A program made the translations under genes and the position numbers. From Acidobacteriota bacterium (GTDB taxonomy: Bacteria > Acidobacteriota > Thermoanaerobaculia > Multivoradales > JAGPDF01), in assembly GCA_011525905.1 (NCBI GenBank), contig WYBK01000004.1, positions 1 to 43,650 of the forward strand: a DNA stretch of 43,650 nucleotides. Reading direction: 5' to 3'. The notes beneath the pieces are model-generated. The model did no database searches. It had not been told where the DNA came from and saw nothing but the letters and a program-made list of their open reading frames with translations. This document shows, piece after piece, positions 17,869-26,936 of the stretch. Numbering within the stretch: position 1 is the stretch's first letter; each line of letters opens with the position of its first letter.

Positions 17869-19617
17869 TCAGCCGGCGGCGACCGCCAGCTCGTCCTCGA
17901 GCCGCTGCATCCGATCGAGGCGCGCGTAGAGACCGCCGCGCGCGACCAGCTCGGCGTGCGTGCCCCGCTCGACGATACGGCCGCGGTCGAGCACCAGGAT
18001 GAGGTCGGCGGCCGCCAGCGTCGACAGGCGGTGGGCGACGACGAACACGGTGCGCCCGCGAAACGCCGTGCCGAGGCCGGCGAGCACCGCCGCCTCGGTG
18101 CGCGCGTCGACCGCCGACAGGGCGTCGTCGAGCAGCAGGATGCGCGGCTCGCGCAGCAGCGCGCGGGCGAGCGCCACCCGCTGCTTCTGCCCTCCCGACA
18201 GCGTCAACCCCCGCTCGCCGACCGGAGTGTCGAGACCGCGCGGCAGCGCCGCGAGGTCGTGCGCGAGTCCCGCCCGGCGCACCACCTCCTCGATCTCGGC
18301 GCGCGTCGCTTCGGGGCGGCCGACGGCGACGTTCTCGGCGACCGTGGCCGAGAAGAGGAAGCTCTCTTGCGGGACCATCGCGATCTCGGCGCGCAGGCGA
18401 GCGAGCGGCCAGTCGCGCACGTCGACGCCGTCGAGGAAGACCGTCCCCGGCGGCGGGTCGACCAGCCGCGGCAGGAGGGCGAGGAGCGTCGACTTGCCGG
18501 CACCGGTCGGCCCGACGATGCCGACCACGGCGCCGGCCGCCACGTCGACCTCGATGCCGGCGAGCACCGCCGGCGCATCCGGGCGGAAAGCGAAGTCGAC
18601 GCCGGCGAAGCGCACCGCCCCCGCTGGTGCGTCGGGCAGGCGGGGCGTCGCCGGATCGGCGATCGCCGGCGCGACGTCGAGCACCTCGCGCAGCCGCAGC
18701 CAGGAGGCCGCCGCCCGCTGCGCGAGGTTCATCACCCAGCCGACCGCGATGGTCGGCCAGACCAGCTTGCCCAGGAAGAAATGGAAGGCGACGAAATCGC
18801 CCAGGCTGATCGCGCCCTGGATCACGCGCGCCCCCCCGAAGCCGAGCACCGCGACGAAGCCGACGCCGACGAGCAGCTGCAGCAGCGGGTGGAAGGCGCT
18901 CTGCCAGCGCGCCAGCCGGAGCGCAGCGGCGAGGTAGGCGCGATTGCGCTCTTCGAACGCGGAACGCTCGGTCGCCTCGCGCGCGTAGGCGCGCACGACC
19001 CGGACGCCGGCCAGGTTCTCCTGGGCGCGCGCCGAGAGCGCCGCGAACTCCCGCTGCACCACTTCGTAGCGGCGGTGGATTCGCTCGCCGAAGAGCCGGG
19101 TCGCGGCGGCGAGCAGCGGGGCGGCGACGAGCGAGACGCCGGTCAGCGCCGGGTCGATCCAGAGCATCGCCGCGAGCGCGCCCGCCGCGGTCGCCACGGT
19201 GTGCGTGGCGTACATGATCGCCGGCCCGCAGACCATGCGCACCGCGCCCAGGTCGCTCGACGAGCGCGCCAGCAGGTCGCCGATCCGGTGTTTCTGGTAG
19301 AAGGCGGCGGGCAGCCGCGCGAGGTGCGTGAAGTACTCGTTGCGCAGGTCGAACTCGATCTGGCGGCTGACCGCCACCAGGATCCGGCGCTGCAAGAAGT
19401 TGAAGACGCCCTGCAGCAGGGCGACGCCGAGCAGCAGGCCGGCGTAGCGGGCGACCGTGGCGCGCGAGGGCGCGGCCTCGAGCGCGTCGACCGCTCCGCC
19501 GAGCAGCAGCGGCGCCGCCAGCCCGAACGCCGCGGCGCCCAGGATCGAGGCGATGCCGGCGGCCACGCGCGACCGGTAGGGACGGAACCAGGGGAGCAGC
19601 TCGGCGAGGCGTCTCAT
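17869..19617 (-). CDS. ABC exporter half-transporter (MdlA/YheI-like TMD+NBD)
   Basis: Six-TM domain, Walker A GPTGAGKS, signature LSGGQ, degenerate Walker B LLLDD, AHRLS. Confidence 0.92.
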   Translation of the reverse strand: MRRLAELLPWFRPYRSRVAAGIASILGAAAFGLAAPLLLGGAVDALEAAPSRATVARYAGLLLGVALLQGVFNFLQRRILVAVSRQIEFDLRNEYFTHLARLPAAFYQKHRIGDLLARSSSDLGAVRMVCGPAIMYATHTVATAAGALAAMLWIDPALTGVSLVAAPLLAAATRLFGERIHRRYEVVQREFAALSARAQENLAGVRVVRAYAREATERSAFEERNRAYLAAALRLARWQSAFHPLLQLLVGVGFVAVLGFGGARVIQGAISLGDFVAFHFFLGKLVWPTIAVGWVMNLAQRAAASWLRLREVLDVAPAIADPATPRLPDAPAGAVRFAGVDFAFRPDAPAVLAGIEVDVAAGAVVGIVGPTGAGKSTLLALLPRLVDPPPGTVFLDGVDVRDWPLARLRAEIAMVPQESFLFSATVAENVAVGRPEATRAEIEEVVRRAGLAHDLAALPRGLDTPVGERGLTLSGGQKQRVALARALLREPRILLLDDALSAVDARTEAAVLAGLGTAFRGRTVFVVAHRLSTLAAADLILVLDRGRIVERGTHAELVARGGLYARLDRMQRLEDELAVAAG

Positions 19618-19653
19618 GGCGCCCGAGGGGGGTCGAGGATAGCAGCGCCGCGG

Positions 19654-20331
19654 TCAGCCGGGCGCGGCGCCGCTCGCCGCCGCGATCTCGACGACGCCCG
19701 CGGGGTGCGGCGTGGCGGCGCCGGCGAGCCGCGCCTCGAGGCGCAGGATCGGCCGCCCCTCGGCCTCGTATTTCGCCTCGTAGTTGGTGCGGGCGCCGCC
19801 CGGCCAACCGCCCTCGACGCGCTCGACCACGAGCGCCGGGTGGGCGGCGAGCAGCGCGGCGACCTCCTCGCCGTACTCGAGGAAGTCGGTGGCGAAGCAG
19901 AGGCGCCCGCCCGGCTCGAGGAGCCCGAGGACCAGGTCGACGCTGGCGGCCGAGAAGAGACGCCGCTTCTGGTGCCGGCTCTTCGGCCAAGGGTCGGGGA
20001 AATAGACGTGGACGGTCGCGGCGAAGCCGCGCGGCAGCCCGGCGGCGAGCAGGTAGAGCGCCTCGCCGTGCAGCAGCGCCAGGTTGGCGAGCCGGCGGCG
20101 TGCCAGGCGGCGGGCCGCGAGGGCGAAGTACTCGCGCGCCACCTCGATGCCGAGGAAGCGCCGCTCCGGCTCGGCCGCCGCCCGAGCGAGCAGGAAGCGC
20201 CCCTTGCCGAAGCCGATCTCGACCTCCCAGGGGCCGCCGCCGGCGGCGAGATCGTCGAGCCCTTCGGCGCGGCCGATCCCGGCGAAGGGACGGATTCCGG
20301 CCCGGGTCGCCAGCTCGACCGGGCGAATCAG
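19654..20331 (-). CDS. trmB: tRNA (guanine-N7)-methyltransferase; start probably CTG or ATT
   Basis: 'EVEIGFGKGRFL...RRFLGIE' (upstream of the track's GTG), 'YFPDPWPKSRHQKRRL', 'ATDFLEY', 'TNYEAKY'. Confidence 0.88.
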   Translation of the reverse strand: MIRPVELATRAGIRPFAGIGRAEGLDDLAAGGGPWEVEIGFGKGRFLLARAAAEPERRFLGIEVAREYFALAARRLARRRLANLALLHGEALYLLAAGLPRGFAATVHVYFPDPWPKSRHQKRRLFSAASVDLVLGLLEPGGRLCFATDFLEYGEEVAALLAAHPALVVERVEGGWPGGARTNYEAKYEAEGRPILRLEARLAGAATPHPAGVVEIAAASGAAPG

Positions 20332-20338
20332 GGGCGCC

Positions 20339-21337
20339 TCACGCCCGGCCGGCGGCGCTCGCCGCGCGGTTTCCCGTCGCGGCGTCGAGCGCGCTCGGGT
20401 CGGGAGCCTGCGGCCAGAAGTCGTAGAAGGTGTACCACTGGTCGGGCCAGCGGCGCACCGCGCGCTCGAGCACGCCGACCCAGCGCTCGAGGGCGCGCCG
20501 GACGTCTCCCTCCCGGTCGGCGCTGCGCTCGACGGCGATCGGCTCGCCGAGCTCGATCTCGAAGCGGTGGTCCGGCGTGTAGGCGATGAAGGTCGGCAGC
20601 AGGAGGGCGCCGCTCATGCGGGCGAGGTGGAACGGCCCGGTCGGGAAGCTCGCCGGCGCCCCGAAGAAGGGCAGCGTCATGCCGGCGTCGCGAAAGTCGC
20701 GGTCGCCCTGCAGAGCGACCAGGCGTCCCTCGGCGAAGGCCCGCAGCACGGGCAGGCTCGAGAAGCGGTCCCCGGGCTGGATGGCGATCTCCTCGACCGA
20801 GCCGAGCCGCCGCAGCAGGCTGCGGAAGAGCTCGGCCTCGCCGAAGGCGTCGGGCACGTAGACGATCGACACCGGCAGCTCCGCCTGACCGGCGAGCACC
20901 GCGCCGAGCTCCCAGTTGCCGACGTGCGCGGTCATCAGGATGATCCGCTCGCCGGCGGCGCGCCGGGCGCGCAGCGGATCGAGCGCCGCCGGATCGCCGC
21001 CGACCACCAGCGCGCGCAGCCGCTCGGGGGGGAGCTGGGCGAAGCGGAAGAGGTCGGCCCAGTAGTAGGCGAGGTGGAAGAACATCCGCCGCGTCGCGCG
21101 GCGCACCTCGGCCGAGTCGGGCGGCAGGCCGAGGACCCGCCCGAGGTTGCGCGCGATCGCCCGGTGCGGCGCCCGGTAGAGCGACATCACCAGCGAGATG
21201 ATCCGCCGCGCCCCCCAGAAGAGGAACCAGCGCGGCACCCGCGGCGCCAGCCAGGCGAGCGCCGGGAAGCCGCGCCGGATCGCCCAGCGGTTGAAGCGAT
21301 CGGAGAGCCGGCTCGGCGGAGCGATCTTCCACTGCAT
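20339..21337 (-). CDS. Lysophospholipid / lipid A late acyltransferase family protein (LpxL/PatA-like)
   Basis: 'TAHVGNWE', 'LQGDRD', 'FFGAPASFPTGP', 'RRWPDQWYTF'; start MQWK at 21337. Confidence 0.88.
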   Translation of the reverse strand: MQWKIAPPSRLSDRFNRWAIRRGFPALAWLAPRVPRWFLFWGARRIISLVMSLYRAPHRAIARNLGRVLGLPPDSAEVRRATRRMFFHLAYYWADLFRFAQLPPERLRALVVGGDPAALDPLRARRAAGERIILMTAHVGNWELGAVLAGQAELPVSIVYVPDAFGEAELFRSLLRRLGSVEEIAIQPGDRFSSLPVLRAFAEGRLVALQGDRDFRDAGMTLPFFGAPASFPTGPFHLARMSGALLLPTFIAYTPDHRFEIELGEPIAVERSADREGDVRRALERWVGVLERAVRRWPDQWYTFYDFWPQAPDPSALDAATGNRAASAAGRA

Positions 21338-21344
21338 GGCTGGA

Positions 21345-22397
21345 TCAGAGCAGATCGTCGCGGCCGTTCGACTCGAGCCGCTCGACGATCCGCCGCACCT
21401 CTTGCGCGCGCTCGCGCGGCAGCACCAGGACCGCGTCGCCGGTGCGCACCACGACCAACCCCTCGACGCCGACCACGGCGATCGTCCCCTGCTCGGCGAA
21501 CAGCAGGTTGTCGCGCGCGTCGACCGCGACCGCACTGCCGTGGACGCGGTTGCCGGCGCCGTCGCCGGGCAGCGCGTCGTGGAGCGCCTGCCAGGAGCCG
21601 AGGTCGTCCCAGCCGCATTCGAGCGGCAGGGTGGCGAAGCCCTCGAGCTTCTCCATCACGGCGACGTCGATCGAAACCGCCGGCAGCGCGGCGAAGCGCC
21701 GGGCGGCCGACGACGGGTCGCCCTCGAGCGCCGCGAGGCCCGCACCGACCTCCGGGGCGAGGCGCGCGATCGCGGCGCGCATGGTCTCGCCACGGAAGAC
21801 GAAGATGCCGCCGTTCCAGAGGTGGCGGCCGCCCGCCAGGAAGCGCTCCGCGGTCGCCCGGTCGGGCTTCTCGCGGAAGCGCACCACCTCGCGCAGGCCG
21901 GGCGCTCCGGGCAGCGCCTCGCCGACCTCGAGGTAGCCGAAGCCGGTCTCCGCGCGGGTCGGCACGACGCCGAGCGCCAGCACCCGGTCGTCGCGCTCGG
22001 CGACCTCGGCCGCGGCGGCCAGCGTGGCGCGGAAGGCCTCCGGCTCGGCCACGCGGTGGTCGGACGGCAGCACCGCGACCGCCCCCCGGCGGGCCTCGAC
22101 CGGCATCCGGGCGAGCGCGAAGCCGATCGCCGGCGCCGTGTTGCGCGGCGCCGGCTCGACCACCAGCCGATCGGGGCCGAGCCCGGGCAGCTGCTCGCGC
22201 ACGGCCGCGGCGAGCGCCGGCGTGGTCGCCACCCAGACCCGCTCGGCGGGCACCAGCGGCGCCAGCCGGTCGACCGTCGCCTGGAGCAGCGAGCGTCCGC
22301 CGTCGAGCGCGAGCAGCTGCTTGGGACGCGAGCGGCGGGAGGCGGGCCAGAATCGGGTGCCGGAGCCACCGGCGAGGACGAGGGCCGAGAGCGGCAT
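21345..22397 (-). CDS. manC: Mannose-1-phosphate guanylyltransferase
   Basis: 'LAGGSGTRFWPASRRSRPKQLL', 'EPAPRNTAPA', 'PSDH', 'ETGFGY', 'FREKP', 'WDDLGSW'. Confidence 0.93.
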   Translation of the reverse strand: MPLSALVLAGGSGTRFWPASRRSRPKQLLALDGGRSLLQATVDRLAPLVPAERVWVATTPALAAAVREQLPGLGPDRLVVEPAPRNTAPAIGFALARMPVEARRGAVAVLPSDHRVAEPEAFRATLAAAAEVAERDDRVLALGVVPTRAETGFGYLEVGEALPGAPGLREVVRFREKPDRATAERFLAGGRHLWNGGIFVFRGETMRAAIARLAPEVGAGLAALEGDPSSAARRFAALPAVSIDVAVMEKLEGFATLPLECGWDDLGSWQALHDALPGDGAGNRVHGSAVAVDARDNLLFAEQGTIAVVGVEGLVVVRTGDAVLVLPRERAQEVRRIVERLESNGRDDLL

Positions 22398-22505
22398 GGA
22401 CCGCACAGTCTAGCAACCCGAGGCCCGCCCCTCGGCGCCCGCGCGCCCGCCCGCGGGGTGGCGGCGCGGCGCCGGCGCGCGCCTAGGCTCGCGCAGGAGG
22501 TGGCC

Positions 22506-22964
22506 ATGGCCCTGACCGAGCTGCTCGCCGCTCGCCGCGACCGCATCGTCGAGGAGGCGCTCACCGCCCTCGATCGCGCTCACCTCGCCCACTACGAGGC
22601 GACCGACGAGCCCGAGCGGCGCGAGCGGCTGACCGCGCTCTACGACCTGGCCGCCGAGGCGGTGACCTCGCGCAACCTCACCCGGCTGCTGCACCATGCC
22701 GAGCGGGTGGCGCGCGCCCGCTTCGCGGACGGTTACGACCTGACCGAGGTCCAGACCGCGTTCAACGTCCTCGAGGAGCGGCTCTGGAGCGCACTGGTAG
22801 AGGAGTTGCCGCCCGCGGAGCTCGCCCGAGCCGTCGGCCTGGTCGGCACCGCCCTCGGCGCCGGCAAGGACCGGCTCGCGGCGACCTACGTCGAGCTCGT
22901 CTCGCGCGGCCGCGTGCCGACGCTCGACCTCGCCGCCCTCTTCGCCGGCACCGCTGGCGGCTGA
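22506..22964 (+). CDS. Hypothetical all-helical protein, RsbRD-N / non-heme globin-like
   Basis: Strong SD AGGAGG; pattern '[11 protein letters not shown]...[31 protein letters not shown]' resembles RsbR N-terminal domains. Confidence 0.65.
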   Translation: MALTELLAARRDRIVEEALTALDRAHLAHYEATDEPERRERLTALYDLAAEAVTSRNLTRLLHHAERVARARFADGYDLTEVQTAFNVLEERLWSALVEELPPAELARAVGLVGTALGAGKDRLAATYVELVSRGRVPTLDLAALFAGTAGG

Positions 22965-23094
22965 CGCTCCGCCGGAGCCGGCGCCCATGGCAGAATCGCC
23001 GGCGTCCGTGACGAGGAACGATACGGAGAGGATCCCGCGGGCGGCCGCGCGCGGCCGCGAGCCAGCGCGCGCCGACGCCGAGCCGGAGCGCCTG

Positions 23095-23202
23095 ATGCGC
23101 ACCTGCCCGAACTGCGGCGCCGAGCTCGCGGAGCGCAAGTGCAAGCTCTACTGCCCGCGGCCGGGGTGCGGCTTCTACCTCTCCTGCGCCGACTTCCTCT
23201 GA
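23095..23202 (+). CDS. Small CPxCG-type zinc-finger protein (start could also be 23008 or 22987)
   Basis: [35 protein letters not shown], six Cys in 35 aa. Confidence 0.75.
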   Translation: MRTCPNCGAELAERKCKLYCPRPGCGFYLSCADFL

Positions 23203-23268
23203 ACCGACCGGCGCGCGGGCCCGAGCCCCGAGCGCCGCGCTCGAAACGAACACGACCCGGGAGACACC

Positions 23269-23904
23269 ATGACCCGACGCCTCGCCCTCGCCGCCACCCT
23301 CGCCCTGCTGGCCGCCGCCGCGCCCCTCGCCGCCCTCGACGAGGGCAAGCTCGACCCCGCTTGGTTCGGTGCGGTGTCCGAGTTCCGCGAGGCCGAGGAG
23401 ATCGACTACCTCTGGGTCAGGCCCGGCTTCTCCTTCCAGGGCAAGAGAGTGCATTTCGACGCCTGGCAGGAGACGAGCTTCCTCGGCGAGAAAGCGAGCG
23501 AACGCGACGCCAAGGACAAGCGGCTGGCCAACGACCTGACCGAGAAGATGCCCGAGCTGTTCGCCGAGGCCTTCGAGAACGCCTTGAGCGGCAAGGTGAC
23601 GGTGGTCGCGTCGGGCGGCGACGTGCGGGCCGTCGGCCGGATCGTCGACTGCTCGACCGGCAGCGCGGCGGCGAAGTTCTGGGTCGGCATGGGCGCCGGG
23701 GCCGGCTCGACGACCATGGACCTGAAGTTCGTCGACGCGGCGAGCGGAGAGCTGCTGGTCGCCCTCCACCACCGCGTGGTCTCGGGCACGACCCTCTCGA
23801 CCACCGAGTCGAAGCTGACCAACTGGATCGACGAGCTCGCCGAGGAGATCGGCAAGAAGGGGATCGAGTCGCTCTACCAGAAGGGCAAGCGGGTCAAGGA
23901 GTGA
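23269..23904 (+). CDS. Secreted hypothetical protein (DUF3313/DUF4410-like)
   Basis: Signal peptide; 'GSAAAKFWVGMGAGAG', 'FVDAASGELL'; GGGAG SD. Confidence 0.7.
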   Translation: MTRRLALAATLALLAAAAPLAALDEGKLDPAWFGAVSEFREAEEIDYLWVRPGFSFQGKRVHFDAWQETSFLGEKASERDAKDKRLANDLTEKMPELFAEAFENALSGKVTVVASGGDVRAVGRIVDCSTGSAAAKFWVGMGAGAGSTTMDLKFVDAASGELLVALHHRVVSGTTLSTTESKLTNWIDELAEEIGKKGIESLYQKGKRVKE

Positions 23905-24589
23905 GGCCCGCGCCGCCCGGGCCCTCGAGCCAGACGGTGACGCTGTCGAGCGGCTTGCGCTCGAGGGCGGGGACGCGGCACTCGGGCGCCGGGTAGCCGA
24001 CGGGGAAGAGGACGAACGGCTTCTCGTTGTCCGGCCGGCCGAGGATCCGGTTGAGGAAGGCCATCGGGCTCGGCGTGTGGGTGAGCGTCGCGAGCCCCAT
24101 CGCGTGCAGCGCCGCGATGAAGAGGCCGCAGGCGAGGCCGACGCTCTCCTTGACGTAGTAGTTCTTGACCTTCGTGCCGTCGGGCCGTGCCTCCCAGAGC
24201 TCGGCGAAGACCACGACGATCCAGGGGACGACCTCGAGAAACGGCTTGCGCCAGTCGGTGCCGAGCGGCTCGAGCGCGGCGAGCCACTCGGGAGACATCC
24301 GGTGCTCGTAGCTCTCCCGCTCCTCGGCCTCGGCGGCGAGCCGGATCGCGCGCTTGACCGCCGGATCGGCGACCGCGACGAAGCGCCAGGGCTGCCGGTG
24401 CGCCCCCGACGGCGCGCTCGCCGCCGTCCGGATGGCGAGCTCGACCAGCTCGCGCGGCACCGGGTCGGGCGCGAACTCGCGCACGCTGCGGCGCCGACGC
24501 ATCTCGGCGAAGAAGGCCTCGGCGCGGCGGCGCATCTCGGCCTCGGGGAGGCGCTCGAAGAGGAGCGGAACGGTCGGCAGAGGGCTCAT
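23894..24589 (-). CDS. Nitroreductase superfamily, iodotyrosine deiodinase-like
   Basis: 'RRSVREF', 'APSGAHRQPW', 'AEAEERESYEHRMSPEWL.ALEPLGTDWRKPFLE', 'LTHTPSPM'. Confidence 0.88.
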   Translation of the reverse strand: MSPLPTVPLLFERLPEAEMRRRAEAFFAEMRRRRSVREFAPDPVPRELVELAIRTAASAPSGAHRQPWRFVAVADPAVKRAIRLAAEAEERESYEHRMSPEWLAALEPLGTDWRKPFLEVVPWIVVVFAELWEARPDGTKVKNYYVKESVGLACGLFIAALHAMGLATLTHTPSPMAFLNRILGRPDNEKPFVLFPVGYPAPECRVPALERKPLDSVTVWLEGPGGAGLTP

Positions 24590-24625
24590 GCCGGCGACGA
24601 TACTGCGCGCCGGGGTGGATCGACC

Positions 24626-26848
24626 TCAGGGTGTCCGCGCCGACCAGCTCCAGGCCGAGCCCGACTCGAAGTCGTCGCGGAAGAGCAGGTCCGAGACGAG
24701 CGGGAGGCGGGCGAGGGTCGCCGAGCGCGCCGGCAGGCTCGCCGAGAAGGTGCCGGCGACGACCGGCAGGGCGCCGGCGGTGGCGAGCGGGCTCGTCTCG
24801 CTGAAGCGCCAGAGCGCGGCGTCGCCGGCGATCGGGGCGGCGAGCGCGACCTCGACCTCGCGCGGCTCGTCGTCCTTGTTGAACAGCAGCACGAAGAGCT
24901 CGTCGCGCGGCGAACGGACGGCGTAGGCGCCGACGGACTGGGAGTCGCTCGACAGGGCGCGCACGCTCTCCCCCTGGACCTTCCCGCCGGCGCCGTCGTA
25001 GCCGAGCCAGAAGCGGAAGGCCTCCTCCGCCTTCGAGCCGCTCGCCGGGACCACCCAGCGGGTCGCGAGAGCGACCCCCTCACGCGCCAGGATCGCCAGC
25101 AGCTCCGCCTGCGCGAGCGCGCCCGACGGGGACTCGTCCGCGCCCCACTTGTACTCGGTCAGCGCGATGCCGAGTCCCGGACAGGCGGCGTCGCGCCACT
25201 CGCGCAGCCGGGGGATCAGCCGGGGCGCCGCGCCGATCCAGGACTCCGAGAGGTAGGCTGAGTCCCAGAGCTCGGCGAGCGAGCGCAGGCGCGTCGCCGC
25301 GACCGCCTCGTTCACCACGTCGTCGGTGCCCGCGACACCCGGCGCCTGCGGGTAGAAGTGGACGTCCAGGTAGTCGACCGGCCGCACGCCCCCCGCGGCC
25401 ACCTCGGCGCAGACCTGCGCCGCGTACCACTGGACGAAGGGCACGCCGCCGTGCGCCTGGCGGTCGGGGCCGTCGGTGCAGTCGCCCGGCGCGTCGGCCG
25501 CCGAGGTCCAGAGGTCGCACCACCCCCAGGTGTCGGGGCCGAGCAGGCGCGCCGCCGGATCGACCGCCTTGACCGCGAGCGCGACCGCGAGCCCCTTCTG
25601 CCAGACCTCGTCGTAGGTCGCCGGCTGCGGGTGGAGGTCGCGGTGGGTCGAGTCCCAGAGCATCGGCTCGTTGTCGAGGGCGTAGAAGCGCACGCCGCCG
25701 CGGTCCGCGCCGCCGGCGCGTCCGACGACGAACTCGACCCACTCGGCGATGAAGCCGGGACCGGCGACGACCGAGGTCTCGTCCGGGTCGTTGCCGACGA
25801 TCCGCCCCTCCGGACTGCAGAACCCGGTGGTGTTGATTCCAGGATCGCAGCGCCCGTCGCCCATGTCGTGGTTGCACCAGAAGGGCCAGTCCTCGGGAGC
25901 GGGGCCGAAGTAACGGCACTCGTCGAGCAGCTGGGGACCGTAGGTCGCCTCCGAGAAGCTCCAGCGCCGCTCCCGGTCGGGGCCGGCGACCCGGCCGAGC
26001 ATCGGCAGGGTGAGCAACACGTCGGCCCCGGCGGCGCGGCTGTCGAGGACGAACCGGTCGGCGGCCGAGCCCTCGGGCAGCGGCGGCGCCGGCTCGCTCG
26101 CGGTGTAGTTGGCGAAGAACCAGTCGGCGGCGCTCGAGTCGACGTCGAGCTGCCAGTTGTAGCGCGTCGTCCGGTTGCCGCCCCAGCGGTTCAGCGTGTA
26201 GCCGACGCTCTCGATCTGCTCCGGGGTCGCGAAGTTGACGCCGAACAGGAAAGCCGAGAGCGGCCGCCGGTCGAGCGCGGGATCGACGGCGACTGCGACC
26301 GGTCCGGGCGGCGTCGGGTCGGCGACGAAGCGCAGATCGTCGAAGAGCAGCGCCGGCTGGTCGGTGCCGGTCGTGTCCTGCAGCCAGATCTCGTCGAACG
26401 CCGGGCCGGATGGCTCGAGGGCGGCGAGCGGCACCACCGCCTCGCGCCACTCCGCCGCCGAAACGCCGCCCTCGACCGCCTCGGCGAGCGGCAGTGCGCC
26501 GATCTCGGCGCCGGCGGCGAGCAGCACCACGCGGACCTGCGGCGAGCCGCTCTCGGCGCGCACCCAGAAGCGCAGCTCGACGTAGTCCGCGACCTCGAGC
26601 GCGCCGTCGCGGTGGAGGTAGAGCGCCCCCCAGGCGTCGGGCTCGAGCCGGATCGCGTGCGGCGGCGAATGGACCTCCCCGCTCCAGGCCAGGTCGTGCG
26701 CCGCCCAGGGCCAGGAGACGAAGCCGTTGCGCAGCTCGTCGTCGTAGACCACCAGGTCCTGGGCGATCGCGGGAGCGGCGGCGAGCGTCCAGCAGAACGG
26801 CAGCAGGAGCGCCGGCGCGGCGCCGCGCACCGGAGGCGGGCTCGGCAC
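24626..26848 (-). CDS. Secreted glycoside hydrolase family 44 with N-terminal CBM-like domain
   Basis: 'RWGGNRTTRYNW', 'YALDNEPMLWDSTHRDLHP', 'DVHFYPQ', 'TEYKWG'; signal peptide. Confidence 0.88.
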   Translation of the reverse strand: MPSPPPVRGAAPALLLPFCWTLAAAPAIAQDLVVYDDELRNGFVSWPWAAHDLAWSGEVHSPPHAIRLEPDAWGALYLHRDGALEVADYVELRFWVRAESGSPQVRVVLLAAGAEIGALPLAEAVEGGVSAAEWREAVVPLAALEPSGPAFDEIWLQDTTGTDQPALLFDDLRFVADPTPPGPVAVAVDPALDRRPLSAFLFGVNFATPEQIESVGYTLNRWGGNRTTRYNWQLDVDSSAADWFFANYTASEPAPPLPEGSAADRFVLDSRAAGADVLLTLPMLGRVAGPDRERRWSFSEATYGPQLLDECRYFGPAPEDWPFWCNHDMGDGRCDPGINTTGFCSPEGRIVGNDPDETSVVAGPGFIAEWVEFVVGRAGGADRGGVRFYALDNEPMLWDSTHRDLHPQPATYDEVWQKGLAVALAVKAVDPAARLLGPDTWGWCDLWTSAADAPGDCTDGPDRQAHGGVPFVQWYAAQVCAEVAAGGVRPVDYLDVHFYPQAPGVAGTDDVVNEAVAATRLRSLAELWDSAYLSESWIGAAPRLIPRLREWRDAACPGLGIALTEYKWGADESPSGALAQAELLAILAREGVALATRWVVPASGSKAEEAFRFWLGYDGAGGKVQGESVRALSSDSQSVGAYAVRSPRDELFVLLFNKDDEPREVEVALAAPIAGDAALWRFSETSPLATAGALPVVAGTFSASLPARSATLARLPLVSDLLFRDDFESGSAWSWSARTP

Positions 26849-26936
26849 GAAGCGAACCTATCCTGGAGCGGCCGGCGAGCGAGTGCAGCGCTGCACCGCG
26901 GGAGGGATGGGAGTCGGCTGGGAGTCCGCCGCGGCT

